A stretch of 64,000 nucleotides of DNA from the NCBI GenBank assembly GCA_043228905.1, contig JBHGNT010000004.1, positions 21,638,001 to 21,702,000 of the forward strand. The letters are read 5' to 3'. Of this stretch, positions 53,069 to 64,000 are shown piece by piece. The stretch's first letter is position 1, and each line of letters begins with the position of its first letter. The position numbers were made by a program, and so were the translations under genes. The stretch is from Azolla caroliniana (Eukaryota; Plantae; Polypodiophyta). The notes beneath the pieces are model-generated. The model made no database searches. It saw only the letters and a list, made by a program, of their open reading frames with translations, and was not told where the DNA came from.

Positions 53069-56000
53069 TCACTTACTTGGATTATGCAAGCCAAATTGGA
53101 CTAGTATTCCAACAAGTTTTTCTCGTGACATGGGCTGCAACAACATCATCATCAACATCATTCATAAAGCATAAAATTAACTTTAATGATTAACAAATAG
53201 CTCCCCCATCCCAAAACATGAATAGATTCTAATCAACATGCTTTCTAAATCCAAATTTCAAATATTAAGTAACGTTAAAAAGATTGTGTTTAAAGTATGA
53301 TCTTGTTAACCTTTGATTGGAAATCGTCTATTCCGGCTTTGAAAAAGAGCTCTCTATCAGACTGCAAAGCATTTGCTGTCAAGGCAACTATTGGCGTCTT
53401 CACACCCAAACCTCGTAGTTGTCGTGTAGCCTAGGAAAACAATGAATTTTAGGTTAACATATCTCATGTCATTAGTTTGCACACATATGTGCAACTTCAA
53501 CACACACACACACATTATTGACTCAAATTATGTGAGCACACATACATGCACATATACCCATTTAGTTTAGAGTCTATAATTTCTTTTTAGTGAAAAAAAC
53601 TTTGTACATATGGTAGTATTATAATTTATGAGTAATAAGTCATTATGGGGTTTATAACCTAAAGGGAACTAATGAAGTATAATACCTTATATAATTTCAA
53701 AGTATATGAATAGATTGATTCACGATCTTTTACATTTAGTTACGAATATAGCTAATTAGGCATAAGATGCACCATCCGCAAAGCACAAAGGGTTTAAGGT
53801 GAGGTTTCATTGACATAATTTATCTAGTTGCTCCGTTTTTTTTTTCTTCCAAAAATCTAGTTGATTCGTTGATTCCTAGTACCTTAGAATGATTTCAGAA
53901 ATTGCTTTGCTAATTGCATATGGCTTGAAACTATCCTCAATTTGGGATTTTGGGCTTCTCATGAATACCTCATGTATTCTATTATTTGTTGTAAGTTAAA
54001 TTTATTGCTAAGTTGAATGGTTTATAATATATTTTCCGTTGTCAATCATATATATTAATTTATTGCATAATTGTTTTGCTTTTTTTTCATCATGGTTAGG
54101 GGAAATGCCTTTGGAGTTGCCTTTCTAGAATCAACATAGCATTGGCCATGACAACACCCATCACATGCTTGTAAGATGTTCAAGATGATATAATAACAAA
54201 GTAGTCCACATTGACAACCAAGATCACAATCTTCAACACCTAGGGAAGTGATGATTAGGAACTGTGAATCCCTTCTAAGATTATGAGCCTTACGATCCAA
54301 CCTTAGTTGTGTAGAGCCTAAGTGTATTGGGTGTGCTAACAATGGATTGTTTCTATCTCATAACGAAATTGTCCCTAGGAGATTACAAGTGGTGCAATCA
54401 CCCTTGGTATGATTAGTCATGCTTAGTACTGTATAATAGATAACTAGTTAATCGTTAAAACTTATTTACATACTATGGATTAACTTAACTTAACACTTTA
54501 CAATAATAAGATGTAGAACTATGATACTCTAACAATGTGTGATGATGGGATACATAACCTCATTAGGCTTATGGTTATTGATATTGGAATTCATGTCAAT
54601 GTTCTTCTTAATATCCACCACATGGATATTCTAACAAGTAAAGTGGGTAGTTGCGAGCAACATGAATGTCCTCTAATTTGAATCTAATAATTGTTCTTAC
54701 AATGGTGGTTTTTTTGGGTGACATGTGACCCTTGTACTAGTTGAATAAAATTAGGCTTGGTTCTTGATGATGTCTTCCGTCCTTTGGATTTTGGTTCCCT
54801 AGTTAGCTACGCTTTGGTATCTCAAGTGACTTTAAATGTCAAATATGAATCCAAATAATTAACTATAGTGTGTTAATACAATAGATCAATTGCTTCAATA
54901 AAGTTTAAAATCCCCTTTTAACACACACATACAACACAATAAATTGTTCAAGGATTTCTAATCATATAGAGAACTCACCTCATGGCCATCCATGACTGGC
55001 ATTTCCTTGTCCATTAGAATAAGGTCATACTTTCTCCCCTCTTTGTGAAAATCAACTGAAATCAATCCATTCTCAGCCTCGTCACAATTGATTTTAAGGT
55101 TATCCAACACTTTCTTGATGACCATCTACAATCATTTATGGCATAGTAACATAAACAATTTGGCTTTGGGTAGCTACTAAAATCTTTTATAATAATTGTT
55201 ATATAGTAGCCCATACCCTATTAATTTTTGTATCCTCCACCACTAGCACACTTTTAGGAATATATTCATCCTCATGGACATCATGAGGGGATTGAGATTG
55301 ATTCTTAGTTTCGGTCTTAGGCTCAAGTTCTGGCTTCAATGTAAGTTGTGGCTCAATCTGAGGTTGGCTCTCAACAAGCTTGGGTTTGTAGCATCCAAAT
55401 TGAATGAGTATCTCAATAAGTTTATCTTGTGATATGGGCTAAAAAACATCAACATCACCATCATTATCAACAACAATAACAACATTATCATTATCACCAT
55501 AATAAAAACTTATGGACAAGTATGTGAATATTAACCTTTGTTTGGAAATAATCAACACCAACATGGAAAAAGAGTTCTTTATCCAACTGTAGAGCATTTG
55601 CTGTCAAGGCAACTATTGGTGTCTTAACACCCATTGATCGTAGTGCTTGTGTAGCCTAGAGATATGGAGAAGCCTTGGATTAATACATATAGGTATGCGG
55701 GTGTGTGTAGATATATTTGTGTATATGCACATATCGTTGCATATGTTAAATTACTTACATAAATGCATATCTACATTGTACATGTGTCCCTATGTTACAT
55801 GTATATGGAGAAGGAATTTCAAGAGATAAAAAAGAACGACTCACTTCATGTCCATCCATGATCGGCATTTCATAGTCCATTAGAATAAGATCATAGTTTT
55901 TGCCCTCTTTATGAAGATCAACTGAAATTTGTCCATTTTCTGCCTCGTCACATGTGATATGGAGGTTATTCAACGATTCCTTGATGACCATCTATATGGC

Positions 56001-59000
56001 AATTCAAAGAGTAATAATCATAAAATAGTCATATAGAAGAGAACACATTATAAAGGTGGATCATATTTATTTGGCATTTAAGAAATATTGTCATTCTCTC
56101 CCATTAATATTAATATAAGCCGTTTCATGCATAAACCTAGTAGTCGAGCCCCACATCTCCCAAAACAACCCTTGTTTACGAGTTTATGTATAGAGGTGTA
56201 ACCCCATTAATATCCTTCACTGGAATAAGCTAATAAAGCATCAAAGGCTTAATTATTAGAACCCTAAATCAGTTTAATAAGCTAAAAGATATTGCTAAAT
56301 TGAGTTTGGCAATGTTAAAGATAAATACTTTATGTGCCACATTTCCTAGGAGCCATATTTAAACCAAAGAATGAGACATCTCCAAAAGTCATAATTCATC
56401 AAGTGAATATGTGTGAGGTTTATGTGGCATCAAAGTTTTAGTTATGTAGAGTTTTGTGGGCTTTCCAATGTATATCAAATCATCATGTTATTCTTTGGGA
56501 TGAACTTTATTTGACAAATAATGACAATGTTGTTTGGACATCCCATAAGGTTTTTATCTAAATGACCTATTGCATGCTCCATATATCTTAGTATCCTCTT
56601 GGATTGTTGGTAACACATAAGTCTACTTCTTCCTACCTCCTACACCCGGAATATATAACTCCTTTAAACATTGAATTTAGAAACCTAATACTTATTGACC
56701 GTTGAAAGTAATACCCTTATTGTACATTCACGTGATGCAATACACAATTATAACAAGAATCACTTGCATGGCATACAATTGTGACTGCTTACAATTATTG
56801 CATACTAGTACTTACTCTATTTATTTTTGAATCCTCCACCACTAGCACTGTTTTAGGTGTATCTTTATACACATAGACTTTAGGTTCTGATTGAAGTTCA
56901 GGCGGAAGCATAACTTGAGGTTTTTTCTTAGTTTCTGTTGGAACTTGAGAGGAAGGTTTACTCTGCTCCAGTTTGTAACAACCAAATTGATCAAGTATTC
57001 CAACAAGTTTTTCTCGTGACATGGGCTATAAGAACAACAACATCATCATCATCATCAACATCCATTTGTCCAATTATGAAGAAATAAAACCCTCTCCTAA
57101 TATTAGAACATGTACTGTCATTGTTAAATAAGTGTTTCCCAAACATGCCCTATTAATATTAAAAACAATTTGTGGACAAGTATGTTAGTATTGACCTTTG
57201 ATTGGAAATCATCAATTCCTGCTTTGAAAAATAACTCTTTATCGGACTGTAGAGCATTTGCTGTCAAAGCAACAATCGGTGTCTTCACACCCATTGAACG
57301 AAGTGTTTTTGTAGCCTAAAAAATAGAAAAAAGTTAAATAATTTGATAAGACCGGCACTATTTGTACGTAATAAGCTAATATCTATTTATGTATGCGTGT
57401 TGTGTGCATACATGTACAATTGTTGGATACACTAGATACATATTAATGCCAATCAAGTACTTATATAGGTATATTTGTTTATATACATACACACATCAGA
57501 TGTAGGCAACAACATCTCAACAAATAAAAATAAACGACTCACCTCATGTCCATCCATGACCGGCATTTCCTTATCCATTAGAATAAGGTCATATTGCTTG
57601 CCTTCTTTATGAAGATCAACTGAAATTTGCCCATTCTCGGCCTCATCACATGCGATATTAAGATTATTCAAAACTTTCTTGATGACCAACTACATGCAAA
57701 TTAAAAGAGTAATAATTATATAACAACTTAAATATAATCACATGTTATGAAGGTTGACAATATAAGTTGGGAACTAAAGAAGTACTACCATATTCTCCAC
57801 TAGTATAAGTGATGACTCATGAGAATTGAGAATAAGGTGATAGACCCCAAAATAACCCCTTTTCGTGAGTTTATTTTATAGCTATTAATTATGTACACTT
57901 CATTAGGAAATTCGAAAAAGAGACAACAATAGTCTAAACAAGGTGAAAATATTTTAGCCTAAATGGGAAACTTTGGAAATCCATATTGGTGTTAATGTTT
58001 AAACTTTAAACGAAGTATGATGTTTCACATATTCAACTTTAAGCCTCCTTAAAGTATTGCCTATTTTCTATAATACCTAAATAGTCAACATTATGTTGTT
58101 TCGAATGAACGAGACGAAAAGATGATCATGTTGTTTTGATGTTCTACAAGAAAAAATGAAGTTGAAGACTAAATTCATGGATTCTATATTCTCAAAGCGT
58201 GAATGTCTTAATCTACCCTCTTTAGTGTATCATAAATTACACTATATGATGGGTCCGCACATAAAATCGGCAACGGTTCGGTTCAGTTCAAGAGCCGTTA
58301 AACATTTTTTCAAACCGTAAAAACCGCGGTTTTGTGGTTCGGTTTCGGTTTTCAACATAGGTCAAATTTTTATTTTTTTTAAAATTTATAATATTTCATT
58401 ATTTAGAATTTTTAAGATGTTCCTAAATTGTGAGAATAAGGTGTAAAAATGAAAAGATTGTTAAAAAATCATTAAAATTTTTTTTTAGAATTTTTTTAGA
58501 ATTTTTTAAATTTTTTAAAAAAAATAAAAAAATAGAAACCGTTTAACCGTTTAAACCGCATTTTTTTACTGTTGAAACTTTTAAGCCGTTAAACCACGGT
58601 TTCGCGGTTCAGTTCGGTTCAAACTAAACCGTTGCCGATTGTTATCCACAAGCTTGGAATGCCCTTTTGGGTTGTTAGTAATATACATAAGGTTGATGCC
58701 ACATGCTTAGAACTCCTACAACCTCTGAATATGACTCATTTAAACATTAAATACACCTGACTACTTATCTTGTAAACACTTATCGACCTAAAAGAAGACT
58801 CTTATTATACACCAAAGTGATAGAGTGAATCTTTATCTATGTAAAGGCGATGTGTGGCAACACTTACTCTATTTATTTTGGTATCTTCCACCACTAGCAC
58901 AGATTTACGTGTATCTTCAGTTGCACAAACTTTGGATTGCAACGGTGGTTCAGGGAGAGGTGAAGGATGAGATGGTGATATAGATTGAAGAACAACCGGA

Positions 59001-61050
59001 GGTCGAGGCTTAATATTAGATTGAGGTTGACTCTGAGGGTGATCAAGCTCTGGATTGTAGCAACCAAATCGAACAAGCATTGCAACAAGTTTATCTCGTG
59101 ACATGGGCTACAACAATAATAACACCATCAACTTGACACATTGTATAAATGATGTAATAACAAATCCCTCTCCAAACATTGAAATAGATAACGTCATTCT
59201 TAAATACATGTCTCGAAATATAATCATAGTAATATTTTAAAAAATCATCAAATAAACTTATATTAACCTTTGTTTGGAAGTCATCTATTCCTGCTTGGAA
59301 AAATAACTCTCTATCAAACTCTAGAGCATTTGTTGTCACAGCAACAATGGGTGTTTTCACACCCATCGATCGTAGTGTTTCTGTAGCCTGAAATGTATTG
59401 AGATTTTATTAACAATCCTTGTGTTATTAGTGCAATCTCACACATACACAAATACATACATACATGTAGGCCAAGGAATTTCAAAGGATAAAATGAAACA
59501 CTCACTTCATGTCCATCCATGACAGGCATTTCGTAATCCATTAAAATAAGATCATATTTTTTGCCCTCCTTATGAAGATCAATTGAAATCAGTCCATTCT
59601 CAGCCTCCTCACATGTGATATTAAGATTATTCAACACTTCCTTGGTGACCATCTACATGGAAAATAAAAGAGTAGTAAGTATGGTACACTCATATAGAAA
59701 TAACATGTGAGTATTTATATTAAGCACCAAATAAATAATAACATAATTTGCGGTTGCATTTAAACCCAGAGTTGGGGTGGTCAGTGGTCACATATGAAGG
59801 TCATGGAGTTGTCACTTGCAACCATAGTCCCCCAAAATTGCGCCTATATATGAATCCACTATATATGTATGAAACCCATGTTATTTGCTTCTCAGAATTT
59901 TACAAAGAGTTCAAACATTATCCCCAAAGAGTTCAATCATTCCTACGATGGATATAAATGGTTGCTCTCATCTATTGAGACGGGATCTTCAACATTTTAT
60001 TGAACCAAACAAGCTCATCAAATCACTTGGATTAATGAAAGATAAATGCATTATTGTTGAAGCGAATTCTTTCGCTCTCTATGAATGCATTATTTTATGT
60101 CTTTGTGAGGAGCCTTGGTTTCTTGGTCAACTACACAATCTGAGGATAATGTAGCCGTTTTTTAGCTACTAATTATACAAATTGTCAACTTGAAGTTGGG
60201 CCTTCTAGAAATGCCATGTCATCAATATATTTATGCATAGGCGGTGGCTAAATGTTTAAGTAGATAATGCATACAAACCTTACATACCACATGACCTATT
60301 ATTGGAAAGGCCTTATTGAGAGCAATTGAGAACACTAAACAATATTGAATTTGGACATCACTTTTAACACAATTCCACAATGGAAACCTCTTTCCTATTG
60401 GTCGTAAATGTTTAAAAGGCCCGAGATTGAATCCTAATTTTGTTTAATAATCCATTGTTGTATACTCTATACCTAGTACTTACTCTATTTATTTTATTAT
60501 CCTCCACCACTAGCACAGTTTTAGGTGTATCTTCATACACATAGACTTTAGGCTCCGGTAATAACTGAGGTTGAAGTAGAGATGGAGACAAAGGTGCAAC
60601 TTGATGTTGATGACTAGCTTGTGGTTGAGCCTTAGCCTTTACTTCAGATGAAGTCTGAGGCTCATAACAACCAAATCGAACAAGTATTCCAAGAAGTTTG
60701 TCTCGCGACATTGGCTACAGAAACAACAAAATCATGACATGAAGGTTACGCTTATTGAATAAATTCCTCAAACATGAAAATTGATTATTTAACATGTGGT
60801 TTTGTCGAACAATTAACTTTAAAATGTTTTTGATGAGTATGTTAGTGTAAACCTTTGATTGGAAATCATTAATTCCTGCTTGGAAGAAGAGATTTTTATC
60901 AGACTCTAGAGTATTTGCTGTCAAGGCAACTATCGGCGTCTTCACACCCATTGCTCGTAGTGTTTGAGTAGCCTCGAGGTAGATTGAAAGTAAAAAGTTA
61001 GTAAGCCTTATCTTCAACAATGCATATAAGTGCATGCACACTCGTGCGCG

Positions 61051-61084
<34 letters not shown>

Positions 61085-63783
61085 TGAATATACTAGCCTC
61101 CTAAGTAATTTTAAGCCATGATGAGAAAAAAAAAGGCTCTATGGATCACATGCATTTCCTTTTAGATATATTACATGCACACTCATGTGTGTAGGCCTAG
61201 GAATTCCAATACAAACATAAAAGACTCACCTCATGCCCATCCATAACCGGCATTTCCTTATCCATCAGAATAAGGTCATATATTTTGCCCTCTTTATGAA
61301 GATCGATAGAAATTAGACCATTCTCAGCCTCATCACATGTAATATTAAGGTTATTCAACACCTTCTTGATGACCATCTACATGCAAATAGGGAATAATCA
61401 TTATAGTGTTGTCGCATAAACACATTATTTGAAGGTGCGCTATATGAAATAGTAGGTAGTAAACAAGTGCTATTTTGTCTAAGACAAATGAGTGACTTAC
61501 TCTATTAATTTTTGTATCCTCCACCACTAGTACTGTTTTAGGTGTACCGTCATTTAGAGAGACATTAGGCCAAGGCCCATGATTATGCTTTGGTGGTGAA
61601 GGAATTCGTACAGTAGTGCTTTGCGATTTCGATAGAGTTTTCTTACAACTTCCAACAACTTCTTCCTTAACATTGTTCTTAATTTCATGCTTTATATTAT
61701 CCTTAGTAGGTGCTACATGAGCATGACTTGAGTGTTCTTTAGTACATGCATTTGCTTTAGCTCCACTTTTGCCTTCAAATTCACTAAAGTCGCCACAACA
61801 ATCTTCAAACCCAGCTAATTCAGTATCATCACATTCGACAGACACGTGTGATTCGTTGTTTTCAGAAAGCTTGAGGGATTCATGACAATCTTCGAACCCC
61901 GACTCTTCACAAGTGTCATTATCATTAAATTCCACGGTTATAAATTCCTTAATTCTTGAAAGAGCCTCGTAGTTTGGGCCGCGATCTACTCTAATGGCAG
62001 GAGCTGGAATGCAGAAGGTAAACATGTTTCCTTCAAGCCCAACCACACCCCCCAATTGCTCGGTAAAGCACTTCGCCATGCTAAGGCCAGTCCCGAAATC
62101 CTTATCCGCACTTGATGGTGATGTACTGTCAGGTGCAAATAAATTGCATGCCTCGAATAACTCAGTTTGACCGACCTCCTCTTTTGAGAAACCTATGGTC
62201 ATGGGAACAATAAAGACATGGTCACTTTACAAGGGAATCAAGTGAAGGTTAATGCACAGAATCTTGGGGGTTATCACCCATTAATATGTACATATACATA
62301 TATATATATATGTACACGTGACTCCTTTGTAATGCAATGAATGCTATACATTTAAACGTTTGTAAACAGATGTCACACTGATTTCCATGGAGTTAACCAT
62401 GGGAGAGGGGGTGTTGTTGTATATGGGCACTTTATTAATTGAAAAGAACAACAATAAGATTGTTTTTTTTTGGAAAAGCTCATGAATGCAAGTGCTATTA
62501 TGAGGATTTGGATTTTATTGTCTACTTCACCCTCCCCCTAAGAGAGCACAACGAACCATTGGGTCCATAAATCATTGTATAGATGTTTCATGCTCAATAT
62601 TCAAGACTTACCATTGGGTCCATAAATCTTAAACCGAAGGCTTGAATACTCCTTATGTGCACACGAACTATATGCAGTTGCCATTGCAGAGGAAGAGTGC
62701 ATCCTCGAACGACCCCCGGCCTTAGTACAAGGGCATGCAAAACCCCCTTCCTCGTCATCTTCTGAATCGTCATCATCATCATCGTTGCGAAATCCATGGT
62801 CTTCTTCTTCTTCCTCTTCTTTTACTGCTTGTTCTTCAGGGTTAATTGGTGAGCATTGGATGCTCAATTCTAATGGAGTTCCCATTTCACCTAGCTCTAT
62901 AACATTGTTGAGGAAGCTCCCTACAAAATATTGCACATACACCAACAATATGAAGAATGATAGTGCATTAAATTCATGAAATCCAAGACATAGGAGTAGA
63001 CTTCATGGGAATTATGTGTTACATGCAAATGTTGTTCATACTATTAATTTACCTAATATCATCATGATCCTGGACTTATCACTTGATATATTCTTGGATG
63101 ACAATCTTTTCTTTGTGCACATATCTACGATCACCTTGATGGATGTCTTGGAATTGTGTATTTTGTCCCTCAAGGTCTCGAAAACATGGGACACTAATTC
63201 AAATACATCAAAGGCTTCAAATGCAAGCTCCATGAGGCCATCTTCGAGTTTTCCTATTCAATATATACATATCAGCATTATGCTACCGAAGTTATGAAAT
63301 TGATATCACCTAGAAAATCCATGGCATAGTTCTACAAGTATCTTGTTGATATATAGGGAATTGTAATTCCTCATTACATTCGAATACTTATAATGCCAAA
63401 AAACTGGTGGACAATATATATGCATGTATATACCCATCTCTATCACGTCGTCGAGCACGCTTGTGACCGAGTTGGCGCAATCGAGCATCATCTGGATGAG
63501 CTCCCGGTTCTCATTCTTGCTTTTGCACTTGCCCGCGTTCGCGGTCGAAAGATGGCCCAATCCGAGGATGATGGCATTGAAGGGGACTGGGTACAAAAAA
63601 AATAAAATGTGGATGTCCACAAGTTACAAGATAATACATATATAAGTTTGAACTTGGAGGAGGGGGGGTGAGATCATCCAATGATTGGATGGATGCATAT
63701 ACATTATACATACACATATGTATCCAAAGTTAGAGGGAGTAATTTAACCATGGCTAAAAAAAACAAAAACAACAACTATATAG

Positions 63784-63847
<64 letters not shown>

Positions 63848-64000
63848 CTACCTCTGATGTTGTGGAAGACATAGGCCATGAATTGGTGCTTGGCTTGGCG
63901 AGCTTTGAAGGCACTTATCTCAGCTCTCTCTGCCCTTTCCACACTCCTCCTCATCATGTCTAGGCAGCCCCTCATTTGGTCGGCCACGGCCACGGCCACG
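53069..64000 (-). CDS. Hybrid histidine kinase (HisKA-HATPase_c) with five tandem receiver domains; 5' end outside the window; ~1270 aa in 20 exons: >64000-63852, 63586-63434, 63253-63053, 62920-62612, 62192-61501, 61376-61230, 60972-60853, 60714-60484, 59652-59506, 59387-59268, 59107-58868, 57689-57543, 57315-57196, 57025-56816, 55991-55845, 55655-55536, 55438-55217, 55125-54979, 53430-53311, 53134-53069
   Basis: All introns are GT-AG with compatible phases. H-box AKHQFMAYVFHNIRVPFNAI, ...VLDDVIEMGKLEDG, G2-like GTGLSMAKCFTEQLGG, then five copies of VLVVED.KINR...YDLILMD(K/Y)EMP.MDGHEAT..LR..GVKTPIVA.T.N.....FQ(S/T)KP. Stop TGA at 53069-53071. Confidence 0.92.
58261..58645. mobile_element. 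MITE (hAT-like, AACCG-rich subtermini) in a kinase intron
   Basis: TIRs ATAAAATCGGCAACGGTT ... AACCGTTGCCGATTGTTAT around an AT-rich core. Confidence 0.75.
63786..63847. repeat. (CA)n(TA)n microsatellite in a kinase intron
   Basis: Direct reading. Confidence 0.95.

Noticed and set aside
53069-60714. Cluster of separate single-domain response regulator genes
   Set aside because: Single exons encode the end of one REC, a linker and the start of the next with no stop; only the last module has a stop codon.

Overview
This is AT-rich, intron-containing eukaryotic nuclear DNA from a land plant; a non-seed plant such as a fern is my inference, not something I can show. The first ~22 kb is a nest of transposons: a Sola-like DDE transposase pseudogene, a Ty3/gypsy gag remnant, and a tandem three-LTR gag-only element with tRNA-Trp primer sites. 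A very young, complete Ty1/copia element is inserted into that tandem element (621-bp LTRs, GTGAA target duplication). Three spliced host genes can be built by hand. (1) NDUFAF3 has 6 exons; its 6.8-kb intron holds a LINE fragment and a chimeric rbcL/16S plastid insertion. (2) A divergent SEUSS-like LIM-binding co-regulator has 11 exons. (3) On the minus strand, a hybrid histidine kinase runs off the window end; it has non-canonical catalytic boxes and FIVE tandem, intact receiver domains that alternate between two subtypes. That penta-receiver kinase is the standout feature. A decayed L1 LINE lies between genes 2 and 3.
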